From a virus: a stretch of DNA of 64,000 nt. A model generated the notes under the pieces. The model saw only the letters and a list, made by a program, of their open reading frames with translations, ran no database searches and was not told the DNA's origin. Each line of letters opens with the position of its first letter. Positions within the stretch are counted from its first letter, which is position 1. The position numbers and the translations under genes are program-made. Positions 39,601-52,862 of this stretch are shown here, piece after piece. The stretch lies in IMG/VR virus record IMGVR_UViG_3300009159_000032; one strand, given 5' to 3'.

Positions 39601-39927
39601 GGTACTGTTATGATCTTCGGCGGTGACAAAGAAGTTACTGCTGCTAGAGATTATATGGATAGAAGAATTGCAGGAGTGGTTTCTACCAATCCAGCTTACA
39701 TGATGAACAGCGAGCAAGACGGCGGAATTTATATTGCTCTTGTGGGGCGTGTACCATGTAAAGTTGTAGGTAAAATTAAGAAAGGTGATATGCTGGTATC
39801 TAGCGGAGCGCCCGGAGTTGCTACGGCAGAAAAGAATCCTGCATTAGGATCTGTAATTGGTAAAGCACTTGAAGATTACGATAGTCAGACAGTCGGAGTT
39901 ATTGAAGTTGTAGTAGGAAGAATTTAA
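33646..39927 (+). CDS. Large virion structural protein (baseplate/tail fibre, 2093 aa)
   Basis: N-terminal INIGSQPNDGTGD baseplate/fibre motif; Thr/Gly-rich beta repeats; C-terminal YADLAEKY chaperone/peptidase G2-like domain; TAAATA upstream. Confidence 0.8.
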   Translation: MATQQLINIGSQPNDGTGDSVYVAFQKVNSNFNDIFTLLGYGAGFSFLRLKEAPGSLTPNAIMQVNALGTKFVNKTLVAGTGMTIDTVSSSTEIRIINTSSRLVTDRSPQLGGDLDGQGSFNLINMDTTSPHNDYDAVSRKWVYENFLNRDGVTVYDTTSSFEIPYNQKSVLRDNIEMSSVPVEPTHLVNKTYVDDLIETSGFASRTNFYVSTNGDDNRFNIPTYKRGRNFAYAFKTVNRAAKAAQQFIDASEIVLGPYQKTITHAEGLYKSTVAAITTSTILPASSFGIRLRVDLDASSINIGTDPYINRSIFPGNYLIGASSEAVGLIESIVLDPINGYEYYDITPYDYAKPYRITATPDNVLDTSVEFTFGVGETIDIPDFWIGYKFVISNSSYNVIGYGTITAINTTYDASLNVVDTVTVDFSNGQLPPTDNTIDFDKWHVFTADYELGEELQWGQRQNKNQCSIMIESGEHEDQYPIKISENVSLRGDEFRRSILKPAPLFGTRLPSISSSKWANTYFFRDTQTDGIITAPINTATDYNSAGSSITIDAVNNNSITGVVTVTLAIGTAPTAWIGKVFKTSGSIDAIGEVKAVNGPTFTVALAQNSEYRKEVGNYSAGATIASADWHLYNPVNYAYHYLRDPLRPVDTLTTITNYGGINNAAILLESNKEFIKAECIAYLIATFTSFVFDQDKCARDLGIIVDSLVYDLRSGGNNRTINAGDSYREVAVVKQTQLTETVAAIGYINQIGQSIINNVAVAPIRSSETQVYDVTLTTELVASSILYDLVRACYRIVNNDPDFNPPKYNDQMDVLLMNDATLNRYVSAQGHGGFMKVLDPDGQILAKSPYTQTCSSFSKSYNRQVFSGGMFIDGFAGNTKVTPAYITTSTQGFPTKISATTTGSMGRPSIIPGEGYIRPQTPCFFVNKGITYEVSFISEWDGTNGTGGLNINPLRPGGIASVPAISATGFMTGSTQTVTVRFSAPTQSGGLTATGTAVISHLGAVTALNVTFPGTGYTNGTYTNVSIGAPTIIIGGARLSWTLSSTGSVTACTIIDGGLGYAIGTKITFPSGPVSTATGVVSTVDGFGKITGITINNGGGGYLSDPPVTFGTNLTYTVNVKPGFNVTADNPLPSDITLITAGNRSMLANDFTQINDLGYGIFCTNGGLVENVSMFTYYCYSAYYALNGAQCRSIAGSTSNGLNGLKAEGSDPLEVPVGVRNKYPMSQIATVNAVATYTNFINDFTLYVDGLTYPPTAQSQIEVNHSGTVQIYLIRAAQQDESDSNVYSLSIDDGAGGGLVAAVEDNRPVIIRTYYNQTLLDLNAATLSRPSTVLTYTEDPTYVYRILSYADLGADTALAEGDSPYNYIIISPYTENDRFRQGLGNITVTAGGSGYTPSSTVDAVIPAPSTAGTGTVAVTSANTDLIYLSAGYNTIMPGSRVTLTSGGGDPNGVPTYVTWVDSTKTAVRVNKAWTWTSSTALTFSGTQAAGYGVTNSSGVITHVVLSNQGSGYSGTSVRNITFASGTGTATAYAVGVTGATKIKIVDLDVTSQARLSSGFSNGWYYTFGHEGIMYKVTGYTNALTTKNDWGELTVERLSDGGSISNDILQTELKAGITANQSGQVTSRISTMRVTGHDFLNVGTGGYADSKYPNDLYGPPNNPVDSALEVQQVGKGRVYYATTDQDGNFKVGEFFSVDQGRGTVSISAPVALTNVDGISFKRGQSLIQKFSVDGTMGGNSNNAVPTERAIQSYVNNRLGINKNNTVAGVQLLGSGFLDLGGVLDMKANIKMGTNRVTNMGDPVNPQDAVTKAWGDLNYVNTSGDTMVGTLATQILEPTTNGTYRIGNTGKAYTNIYANNFVGTASRALVFNTARTISFTGDVTGSFSLDGSTDISTALTIAANSVALGTDTTGDYVATGATSGFGISGSTSGEGQTFTVTSNATSTNAANTIVFRDASGVFGGTAVQAQYADLAEKYVPDAHHSPGTVMIFGGDKEVTAARDYMDRRIAGVVSTNPAYMMNSEQDGGIYIALVGRVPCKVVGKIKKGDMLVSSGAPGVATAEKNPALGSVIGKALEDYDSQTVGVIEVVVGRI

Positions 39928-42680
39928 TGGCAACACCAATATGGTTAACCAAAGCAGGATTTTTAGCAACACTTACAGAAAGAACACCGGTTGATATTCC
40001 GTTTTCTGTAAGTGGGACTGACAGTCAGTTTTCTATTATTTCCGGTAATCTTCCAGACGGTATGGTATTGCTTGCAGAAACTAGTGCCACTACAACTTCA
40101 ACAATTGGTTATATTACCGGAAATCCAACTTCAGTTCCTGCTCCAATAACATCAACATTTGTTATACGTGCTAAGAATGATCAAGGTGTGAGTGACCAAA
40201 CCTTTACATTAGACACTGTTGGAGGTGTTGCTCCTTTATGGTTGACACCTAGCGGATTCCTGCACGTTGGAACCAGCGGAGAATGTTTTGCTGTCAACAA
40301 ACATATTATTGATTATCAAATGTCAGCAATACCAAATGTATTGTTTGAAAATATGAAATTGCGATACTATATTGCAGAAGGTGACGGACAGTTACCTTTA
40401 GGTCTAACAATCAACGAGGACGGTAGAATAACTGGTACTATTGACGAAATCACAGTAATTGAAGGCAGTGATAGTGCCAGTAGTGCGGGATACGACAATG
40501 AAAAATATGATAAGTATCCTTATGACGGTGCTGTAATAATTAACAACATTACTACTAAACCTACCTATATCAAAAAAATATATCAATTTTATGTTACAGC
40601 CACCGACGGATTCAATAGTACTCGTAAAATGTTTAAAATGCAGGTTGTGGATGTTAACAGTCTAAGAAGCGATACTAGTTATATCAGTGCTGACGCGGGC
40701 TGCTTCCAAGCAGGCAACAGTTATCTATATGCACCAATATGGTTAAGTCCTGCTAATCTAGGCATTCGTCGTGCCAATAACTATCAAATTGTCAGATTAA
40801 AGACCTACGAACCATTTCCTGAATTAGGTTCATCTAGATGGGAATGGGATATAGTCAGTGTCAATCCTGAAATAAAAGCATTTGCAGATAGCGAATTAGA
40901 AGTAGGACCATATGGTACTAACTATAATATTCGTGGATCAGTATTGAATTATCAAGACCTACCTTTTAATGCTGCTCAAGGCGATGTGTTTACTGTTCAA
41001 GAAGATGAAACGTTTTTAAATCAAACAAGAAGTTATATTTGGATTGGAACTGGTTGGGAGTATGTGAGCTTTTACCCCAAATACAATAGAACTGGAACTT
41101 CAACTGTACATGTTAAAAACTTAACTAGTTTACCCACTGTAGGACAACAATTTAGATTAGACAGTTATATCGATACAGTGTTTACAACTACATACACAAT
41201 TACATCAGTCAGCGGAAACACAGACTATTGTGCTATTGGGTTTAAACACAGTCCAGAACAAGTAGGCGATAGCATTGTTTATCGCACAGATCTATTAGAC
41301 GATATTCCTGATAACAGTATTTTCTTTTTCGGCAGTGCAGTAACCAAACCTGTAGGCTTTAAATTAAATTCCGAGACAGGGGATCTATACGGTCAAATTC
41401 CTTACATTCCTGCATACAGTATAGATTATAAATTCACAGTTAGAACTGTTAAAACTGATCGTGTCACTGGAGATACTAATCGCAGTGACAGAGTATTCCA
41501 ACTAAGATTACAAGGCAGTGTTAATACAGATCTAGATTGGATCACTACATCAACTGTGGGTGTAATTAAAACAGGCTATCAAAGCGAATTGAGCATCAAA
41601 GCAGAACATTTAAATTATCCAGAATTAGGTATACAGTATAGATTTGTAGACGGAGATCTACCTAACGGATTAGAATTTAAATCTGACGGAAGTATTATAG
41701 GAAAAATTCCTTATGGTGGTCTTACAGATATCGACTTAAATTTAGATACATTTTCTATAGACGGCGGTGATACTACTTTAGATAGAACTTACACATTCAC
41801 AGCAGAAGCAACCAACGCATATAGACTGGCTACAATTGATCAAGAATTTAAAATCTATATTGGTGATAATAGTAGAACTCCGTTCAGTAGCATTTATGTA
41901 AGACCATTTATGAATAGAAGTAAACGCAGAACATATCGAGAGTTTATCTATAACACTGATATATTTGACTATAAAACTTTGTATAGACCTTCTGACCCTG
42001 CATTTGGCCTGCAAACAGAAATCAAAATGACTCTAGAGCACGGTATCCAAAGATTAAACCTTGCAGAATATATTATTGGTCTACAATATTATTTTTACAA
42101 TAAAAGATTTTATTTTGGGGATGTAAAGTATCTGCCAGCCGAAGATGAAAAAGGAAATCATGTATACGATATCGTTTATCTAGATATTATTGATAGTAAC
42201 TTAAACATTTTAGGTAAAAGTCCAGATAGTATAAGTTTTTTAATTAATCAACAACTAGTTGATGTGTATACTGACAGTGTAATTAATTGGCAAAATAGTT
42301 TAGAAGGTATTTCTGTTTACGGCGAAACTATTAAAGTCGACGAATATCTTAGACCAAGATTTATGAGAACTATTCAACAAGAAACTGGTTCACCTTTAGG
42401 ATTTATTAAAGCCATGCCAATTTGTTATGTCAAACCTAACTATGGTTTTGAAACAATGCGTCGAATACAACTAAGTGGTTTTGATTTTAAAATTTTAGAT
42501 TTTGAAGTTGATCGACTGATCATAGATCAAACCTTTGATTATAGCGGCGATAAATACCTCAAGTTCCCAATTATAAACACAGATAAGAACAATGTAGCTG
42601 CTCGTCCGTTAAATGTACTTGCTGGACCAGACGGTGTTATCATTACTGACGAAAACGGAAACGAACTTTTAGTTGAATAA
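39927..42680 (+). CDS. Baseplate wedge-like protein with Ig-like repeats
   Basis: Repeated G.LP.GL.....G.I.G Ig motifs; located in the structural module. Confidence 0.7.
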   Translation: MATPIWLTKAGFLATLTERTPVDIPFSVSGTDSQFSIISGNLPDGMVLLAETSATTTSTIGYITGNPTSVPAPITSTFVIRAKNDQGVSDQTFTLDTVGGVAPLWLTPSGFLHVGTSGECFAVNKHIIDYQMSAIPNVLFENMKLRYYIAEGDGQLPLGLTINEDGRITGTIDEITVIEGSDSASSAGYDNEKYDKYPYDGAVIINNITTKPTYIKKIYQFYVTATDGFNSTRKMFKMQVVDVNSLRSDTSYISADAGCFQAGNSYLYAPIWLSPANLGIRRANNYQIVRLKTYEPFPELGSSRWEWDIVSVNPEIKAFADSELEVGPYGTNYNIRGSVLNYQDLPFNAAQGDVFTVQEDETFLNQTRSYIWIGTGWEYVSFYPKYNRTGTSTVHVKNLTSLPTVGQQFRLDSYIDTVFTTTYTITSVSGNTDYCAIGFKHSPEQVGDSIVYRTDLLDDIPDNSIFFFGSAVTKPVGFKLNSETGDLYGQIPYIPAYSIDYKFTVRTVKTDRVTGDTNRSDRVFQLRLQGSVNTDLDWITTSTVGVIKTGYQSELSIKAEHLNYPELGIQYRFVDGDLPNGLEFKSDGSIIGKIPYGGLTDIDLNLDTFSIDGGDTTLDRTYTFTAEATNAYRLATIDQEFKIYIGDNSRTPFSSIYVRPFMNRSKRRTYREFIYNTDIFDYKTLYRPSDPAFGLQTEIKMTLEHGIQRLNLAEYIIGLQYYFYNKRFYFGDVKYLPAEDEKGNHVYDIVYLDIIDSNLNILGKSPDSISFLINQQLVDVYTDSVINWQNSLEGISVYGETIKVDEYLRPRFMRTIQQETGSPLGFIKAMPICYVKPNYGFETMRRIQLSGFDFKILDFEVDRLIIDQTFDYSGDKYLKFPIINTDKNNVAARPLNVLAGPDGVIITDENGNELLVE

Positions 42681-42683
42681 AAT

Positions 42684-46819
<4,136 letters not shown>

Positions 46820-46823
46820 AATT

Positions 46824-47930
46824 ATGGCACCACCACCAAGTAGATATTGGGTAGGCGGAACAGGCACCTGGGATGGAACAGATACCACCCATTGGGCAAC
46901 ATCATCTGGTGGTGCTGGTGGTGCCTCAGTACCTACTTCTAATAAGAACGTATTCTTTGATGCCAATTCAGGTGGTGGAACCATCACCACCGGCACTGAC
47001 GGCATTCCATTAGAGATGGCTTCTTTAACCTGCACAGGATTTACTGGAACATTAGATACCAGAACTGCGTCTGAATCAACCGGTGGTCCTGGATTTTATG
47101 TTTACGGCAACGTGACATTATCAACAGGTGGCACATATATTAATTTAAGTTTAAGTATAACAGGTACTTGCACATTTACATCAGTGGGCAAAAAAATTGG
47201 TCAATTTGTCGTGGGCAGCGTGGGGCAAGGCCTTGGCGGCACAGTTACCTTGGCTGATGATTTTTCGTGCGGTTCGCCGGATTCAGGATTTGACAGTTTT
47301 CGTCTAGTAGGCGGAACATTTGATGCAAATAATTTTAATGTAACAACGTTGGATTTTTACACTCAATATGATTTTGTTCCTTCTAGAACTCTAAACATGG
47401 GTTCAGGAACCTGGACCTTGTTTGGCGGCTTTGGTTCCAACGGCTGGTATGTAAATGTTGATAACCTAACAGGACTAACTATCAATTGTGGCACATCTAC
47501 TATAAACATCGACGGCACTGACCCAAGCCCTGGTTTTAATTTTACTGGAGCAGGGTTCACTTATTATAATCTAAATTTAGCAACCGCAAACCTTACTTTT
47601 GAGTTTTCAGATGATAACAGCTTCAATAATATTTCAAACAGTGCAGTATCTGGTATTAATTTAAATGGCTCTGGTATAACTATAACAGTTGCCAATTTTA
47701 ATGTGTCGGGCGCTGATCCTGATTTTGTTAATTTAGGCGGTGGTTTTACCCTATCAAAATTATCTGGTGTAGTAAGTTGTGATTATCTAAACATAACAAA
47801 CTGTGATGCCACTGGCGGTGCCACATGGTATGCAGGGGCTAATTCGGTAAATGGTGGCGGTAACACAGGATGGATATTTACTGCACCACCCAGTGGTGGT
47901 CTTACAGGCAGCTTTTTTGCATTCTTCTAA
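46824..47930 (+). CDS. Gly/Thr/Asn-rich beta-helical tail-associated protein
   Basis: RYWVGGTGTWD...W and GNTGW.F termini; beta-strand repeats. Confidence 0.6.
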   Translation: MAPPPSRYWVGGTGTWDGTDTTHWATSSGGAGGASVPTSNKNVFFDANSGGGTITTGTDGIPLEMASLTCTGFTGTLDTRTASESTGGPGFYVYGNVTLSTGGTYINLSLSITGTCTFTSVGKKIGQFVVGSVGQGLGGTVTLADDFSCGSPDSGFDSFRLVGGTFDANNFNVTTLDFYTQYDFVPSRTLNMGSGTWTLFGGFGSNGWYVNVDNLTGLTINCGTSTINIDGTDPSPGFNFTGAGFTYYNLNLATANLTFEFSDDNSFNNISNSAVSGINLNGSGITITVANFNVSGADPDFVNLGGGFTLSKLSGVVSCDYLNITNCDATGGATWYAGANSVNGGGNTGWIFTAPPSGGLTGSFFAFF

Positions 47931-47976
47931 AAACAAGGTATAAAAACGGCTAGATAAATAGATAAAATATAATACT

Positions 47977-48891
47977 ATGTCAATAAATTTTCCAACAACA
48001 GCAACTAACGGTCAAGTCTATTCCTATGGCGGGCATCTATGGGTATACAACAGTTCTTCAACTGCTTGGCTAGCTGGTCCGTTACCATTAGGTTCAACGG
48101 GTGCAACAGGACCTAGCGGTAGCCCAGGTGGTGCTACTGGTCCTGCCGGTGCAACTGGACAGACAGGAACTGCCGGAGGAACAGGCGCTACAGGTGCTAC
48201 AGGACCAAGCGGTACAGGGGCTACTGGGTCTACCGGTGCTGCTGGTAATAATGGTTCAACAGGTGCAACTGGTCCGGCAGGTCAAGGATCTACAGGTGCT
48301 ACTGGTCCGGCAGGTGCAACAGGACCTAGTGGCGGTCCAGTAGGTTCAACAGGTGCTACTGGTCCTAGCGGAACTGGGTCAACAGGCGCCACCGGTGCTA
48401 CTGGAAGTGGTTCAACCGGTGCTACTGGAAACATCGGATCAACTGGTGCTACTGGATTGCCTGGAGGTTTAGGATTAACTGGTGCAACTGGTGCTAATGG
48501 AACAAACGGTGCTACAGGTGCAACTGGACCAGCAGGTCAAGGATCTACAGGTGCTACCGGGCCTAGCGGAACCGGAGCTACTGGTGCCGCAGTATTAGTT
48601 GGAAACACCTATACTGTACAGACATTATATGTTTCTACACTTACAGTAGGAACAGTAGGTGCAGTTACCATTGAATCTGGAAATGATTTAAATTTTAAAG
48701 CAGTGGGTCAGATCACAGTTAACAAACCATTCGTATTAACCACTGCCACAACTGCACAGCTATCAGCATTAGGTGCTACTACACAACGAGGTGCTATGTT
48801 GTATGTCATAGATGCTTCAGGCGGAGCACAACCTTGTTTCTATGACGGAACAAATTGGAGACTCTGTACTGATCGAACCAGCATAGCATAA
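47977..48891 (+). CDS. Collagen-like fibre protein
   Basis: Gly-X-Thr run; TAAATA upstream. Confidence 0.85.
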   Translation: MSINFPTTATNGQVYSYGGHLWVYNSSSTAWLAGPLPLGSTGATGPSGSPGGATGPAGATGQTGTAGGTGATGATGPSGTGATGSTGAAGNNGSTGATGPAGQGSTGATGPAGATGPSGGPVGSTGATGPSGTGSTGATGATGSGSTGATGNIGSTGATGLPGGLGLTGATGANGTNGATGATGPAGQGSTGATGPSGTGATGAAVLVGNTYTVQTLYVSTLTVGTVGAVTIESGNDLNFKAVGQITVNKPFVLTTATTAQLSALGATTQRGAMLYVIDASGGAQPCFYDGTNWRLCTDRTSIA

Positions 48892-48899
48892 GGACATTT

Positions 48900-50483
48900 A
48901 TGTTACATAAATTTTATGTTGTAGTTGACCATCCTGACTATAAACAGGAAATCTTAAACGAATTACAGGCCGAATTGGGCAATGAATCTATACCTGATCG
49001 CAGTGTGGAAATATTAAATCCTATGCCAGGTAGTGAATACAACGCTGTAGTAATGCTCACTGAACAAGAAGCAGATGCTCTAATATCTGATCTACGAATT
49101 AATCATGTACACAGAGATCCCAAAGAACGTGGCGTTGAAAAAATACACTATGGTGTAAGATCTGGTGTATATGACAAACAATCAGGTACAATATCTTCTA
49201 CTCATAAAAATTGGGGGTTAATCCGTTCTACTGCTACATCAAATATTTTTGGAACACTATCATCAATAACTGGTACATTTCCCTATAACTTAGATGGCAC
49301 AGGAGTTGATGTTGTTGTTATCGATTCTGGTGTCGAACCTAATCATCCCGAGTTTGCAGTCAACGCTGATGGCACAGGTGGTAGCAGAGTTGTTGATCAC
49401 GATTGGACACAGTATGGATATATTACCGCAGTACCAACTGGAGGATTCCTAGGTGACTGTGACGGGCACGGTAGTAATTGTGCTAGTATAGCTGCGGGCA
49501 ATACCTGTGGGTGGGCACCTGGAGCAAAAATATACTCTTTACGTAGTGTAGGTAACGGCAGTGGCGGACCATACTATGATATAACAGATGGCAGGCAATT
49601 AGATCTTCTTGATGATTTTCAAGTATGGCAAAGTCTACGTGCGTTTCACCAAGCCAAGGCTATAGATCCAGTCACGGGTTATAAACGGCCCACTATAGTA
49701 AACTGTAGTTTTGGATTTATTAATTATTATACCACTGTTACCGCAATTAGATATAGAGGTACAACTTATAGTGTTTCCACAACCACAGCTGCCTATGGAA
49801 CAATTGGTAAACCAGAAGGCAATACTAGCGGTCTTCACGGGGTTCGATATACTGCTCTTGATGCCGAAATAGCCAGTTGTATCAACGCAGGTATAGTTGT
49901 AGTTGCGGCTGCAGGAAATGATCGTCACAAGATAGACACCGTTGGCGGCAGTGATTACAGCAATTATTGGACTGATTATCTAGGATTCAACGACTACTAT
50001 CATAGAGGTAGTACTCCTGCGGGAACATCAAATGTTGTTACTGTGGGCTGCATTGCTAGTTTTGCAAATACTAATATAAATCCAGAACACAAACGTGCCT
50101 TTAGTTGTGCAGGACCGCGTGTGGATATTTGGGCGCCAGGAGATTATATTATGGGTGCTTATTCTAACAATTCGTATGCCACTGCCGCAGTAGCCGATCC
50201 TAGAAGTGCAGGGCTGTACACTTACTATCTAAATAAAATTTCTGGAACTAGTCAGGCCTGTCCACAGGTTGCCGGTGTATTAGCCTGTTTGTTACAAGCT
50301 CGTCCGTGGATGACTCCAGAGCAGGTACGTACTTGGACCACAGCCACTGCATCAACATGGCTGGTAAACGAAGCATACTATGGAGGCAGCGGATATACCA
50401 ATTTTGGAAGTCTGCAAGGTGGGCCTGCTAAAGCTCTAGTTCAGCCGTTTATTTTACCAGACCCCTTAGTAATTCGCGGATAA
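48900..50483 (+). CDS. Subtilisin-like (S8) serine protease
   Basis: Catalytic VIDSG (Asp), GHGSNCAS (His) and GTSQACP (Ser); AAGN oxyanion residue; N-terminal prodomain. Confidence 0.9.
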   Translation: MLHKFYVVVDHPDYKQEILNELQAELGNESIPDRSVEILNPMPGSEYNAVVMLTEQEADALISDLRINHVHRDPKERGVEKIHYGVRSGVYDKQSGTISSTHKNWGLIRSTATSNIFGTLSSITGTFPYNLDGTGVDVVVIDSGVEPNHPEFAVNADGTGGSRVVDHDWTQYGYITAVPTGGFLGDCDGHGSNCASIAAGNTCGWAPGAKIYSLRSVGNGSGGPYYDITDGRQLDLLDDFQVWQSLRAFHQAKAIDPVTGYKRPTIVNCSFGFINYYTTVTAIRYRGTTYSVSTTTAAYGTIGKPEGNTSGLHGVRYTALDAEIASCINAGIVVVAAAGNDRHKIDTVGGSDYSNYWTDYLGFNDYYHRGSTPAGTSNVVTVGCIASFANTNINPEHKRAFSCAGPRVDIWAPGDYIMGAYSNNSYATAAVADPRSAGLYTYYLNKISGTSQACPQVAGVLACLLQARPWMTPEQVRTWTTATASTWLVNEAYYGGSGYTNFGSLQGGPAKALVQPFILPDPLVIRG

Positions 50484-50507
50484 ATATCTACTATTAAAGA
50501 GATTCTT

Positions 50508-51071
50508 ATGTCAAGTACCCTAACAACTTATAGCAACAATATTAATACAACTTACCCATATCCTGGAGTAGATAATGATACGCAGGGTTTTAGAGATAAT
50601 TTTGCCAACATTAAAAATTCTCTAAATGTTGCAGCCGGTGAAATTGGCAATTTATTACAAGGTGCTGTAAAAACCACTGATAGCCTGAATGACTTCAATA
50701 GAAACGTAATTTATAAACCAACACTACAAGCAGAAGGCTACATAGTCAATAATGAGGGGTCAGTGAGCGGCGATGTTACCGTGGACTTATTATTAGGCTC
50801 CTATCAACAATTACAAGTTAGTGGTGATGCTACCGTAAGTTTTTCAAATTGGCCGGGCAGTAATAGGTACGGAAACGTTAGGTTGCAAGTATCAAATGCC
50901 AACACAAATACTACCAGCACTGTTGCATTTAGTGGTGTTAAACGTGATACCAGTACTTCTACCTATACACTAACCACAGCTATGAATACCAGCTCGATAT
51001 TCTTTGATGTTTGGAGCCCAGATAACGGATCGAACATTTTCTTAAAATATCTCGGTGGTCCATTTGTATAA
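50508..51071 (+). CDS. Putative baseplate/tail protein
   Basis: YPYPGVDNDTQGFRDNF N-terminus; TAAATA upstream; structural context. Confidence 0.55.
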   Translation: MSSTLTTYSNNINTTYPYPGVDNDTQGFRDNFANIKNSLNVAAGEIGNLLQGAVKTTDSLNDFNRNVIYKPTLQAEGYIVNNEGSVSGDVTVDLLLGSYQQLQVSGDATVSFSNWPGSNRYGNVRLQVSNANTNTTSTVAFSGVKRDTSTSTYTLTTAMNTSSIFFDVWSPDNGSNIFLKYLGGPFV

Positions 51072-51306
51072 TCCGCTATTGCCCGATCCATCCACTCTAA
51101 AAGATGCAGAGCTAGATCAACGCATAAATGATCTAAGCCGCAAATACCATATTGCTGCTCGAACAGGAATGACACAGGTAATACCACAAATACTAATTTC
51201 TTTAGAAATGTATAAAACAGAAATGAGTAAACGTAGTCAACTGGCACTGCAAAGTACTGCAAAAAGAACCAACGGCAATCTTGATGACTTGATTAATGTA
51301 AATTAA
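51064..51306 (+). CDS. Hypothetical protein
   Basis: Probable TTG start (MYNPLLPD...). Confidence 0.5.
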   Translation: MYNPLLPDPSTLKDAELDQRINDLSRKYHIAARTGMTQVIPQILISLEMYKTEMSKRSQLALQSTAKRTNGNLDDLINVN

Positions 51307-51323
51307 TCTGTTATACTTAGGGT

Positions 51324-51842
51324 ATGAAGATTGATGATTACGGACAAGTAGTTTTAACCACTGATGATATTATACAGGGATTATATTCTGGAAAGATAAA
51401 CAATCTTACAGATATAACGTTAAACGATACTGAAGAATTTGAACGTTTTCGAACTGCTGTAAAAAGAAATTACAATAAATTTCAATCTATCGATCAGTAT
51501 CAATTACCCAGTGTTCCTGTTGAGCAGTTTGATGCAGATATGCAAAAGCACTGGTTTATGCCTGAGGATTATTATCCGAATCTAGTAGAAATGCTCTACG
51601 GAATGTGCAAAACACCAGAACAACAAGACAGAGTAAGCGAAGAATTAGAATTGTTTATTCAGCATGGAATGATGGATCTGTTGTTCTATCTTAAATACTT
51701 AGTAGACACCATGAGATCAAATAACATAATATGGGGCGTAGGACGAGGTAGTAGCGTAGCTAGTTACGTGCTATATTTGTTAGGTGTACACAAAGTAGAT
51801 AGTATCAAATACGGATTAGATATCCGAGAATTTTTAAAATAA
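51324..51842 (+). CDS. dnaE: DNA polymerase III alpha (family C) fragment, pre-catalytic palm segment
   Basis: RVSEELELF...WGVGRGSSVASYVLYLLG...KYGL..REFL; ends just before the expected PDxDxD motif. Confidence 0.8.
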   Translation: MKIDDYGQVVLTTDDIIQGLYSGKINNLTDITLNDTEEFERFRTAVKRNYNKFQSIDQYQLPSVPVEQFDADMQKHWFMPEDYYPNLVEMLYGMCKTPEQQDRVSEELELFIQHGMMDLLFYLKYLVDTMRSNNIIWGVGRGSSVASYVLYLLGVHKVDSIKYGLDIREFLK

Positions 51843-51853
51843 GGAGTCATAAA

Positions 51854-52120
51854 ATGACCAGAACATATAAGACAATGAAGGGCAAAGAAATTGACATGGA
51901 TCAATTGTTGGAAAAGAATCAACTAATGCCCGCAGTAGGTAATGTAAGAATGAACGCACGTGGAGACGAACTAGGTCCGGGCGGCCAGGTTGTTAAAAAG
52001 CGTGAAGAAACTATTAACGAATATTACGAAAGTAATCCTGCCGCCAATGTTTCTTCTCAAGGAAAAAAAGTTAACACCGTTATGCAAGATTCTGTAACTT
52101 ATTCAAAAGGTAAGCAATGA
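51854..52120 (+). CDS. Hypothetical protein
   Basis: AAGGAG RBS. Confidence 0.65.
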   Translation: MTRTYKTMKGKEIDMDQLLEKNQLMPAVGNVRMNARGDELGPGGQVVKKREETINEYYESNPAANVSSQGKKVNTVMQDSVTYSKGKQ

Positions 52121-52494
52121 AGGTAATTGGTAAAATTGTTCCGTTAAGTAACAAAGTGCTGATCAGCGACATGAATTTCGAAGGACAACGCACTCGTTCT
52201 GGAATTATTGTTCCGTCAGATAACGGCAAAGTAAACGGTATTCATCCTCGATGGGGCCGTGTTTGGGCCATTGGTCCAGAACAAACTGATGTAAAAGTTG
52301 GTGAATGGATTCTTGTAGAGCACGGACGTTGGACACGTGGTGTTGAGCACGAATTAGAAAACGGTGAACTTATTGAGTTACGCATGGTAGACAATAATGC
52401 TATAATGATGTCAGCAGACGAACCGCCAGCAGATATCATGTTAGCATTTCAATCCGGAGCTCCAGCTGCTAATACATCAAACGTAGGAAAATAA
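52117..52494 (+). CDS. groS: GroES-like co-chaperonin
   Basis: IVPLSNKVLI, TRSGIIVP, GRVWAIGP and DVKVGEWILV. Confidence 0.8.
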   Translation: MKVIGKIVPLSNKVLISDMNFEGQRTRSGIIVPSDNGKVNGIHPRWGRVWAIGPEQTDVKVGEWILVEHGRWTRGVEHELENGELIELRMVDNNAIMMSADEPPADIMLAFQSGAPAANTSNVGK

Positions 52495-52862
52495 TGACTA
52501 ATCCATTTCGCGATCAAGAAAAATTTATGCAGGCCTGTGACCAAACGGTCGGTCAATCTAATGCAGAACAGTTTAAATTATATGTTAAACTAATGGCAGA
52601 AGAATCGCAAGAGTTAGCACAGGCCATGCAGAGCACAGACGAATTAGAAACCTTAGATGCTCTTATAGATATTTTAGTGGTTACTATTGGTGCTATCCAT
52701 AGTGCCGGATTTGATGCAGAAGGTGCATGGAAAGAAGTTATGCGAACAAATTTTGCAAAAATTGATTCAGACACAGGTAAAGTTCGTAAGCGTGAAGACG
52801 GCAAAGTTTTAAAACCGCTAGGGTGGACACCACCTAATTTAACTCCGTTCTTAAGAAAATGA
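52494..52862 (+). CDS. MazG-like / PRA-PH nucleotide pyrophosphohydrolase
   Basis: EESQEL...ETLDALIDI and KVRKREDGKVLKP.GW.PP. Confidence 0.8.
   Translation: MTNPFRDQEKFMQACDQTVGQSNAEQFKLYVKLMAEESQELAQAMQSTDELETLDALIDILVVTIGAIHSAGFDAEGAWKEVMRTNFAKIDSDTGKVRKREDGKVLKPLGWTPPNLTPFLRK

Noticed and set aside
51324-52120. Split intein in dnaE
   Set aside because: No intein block A at the fragment end, and no His-Asn-terminated partner nearby.
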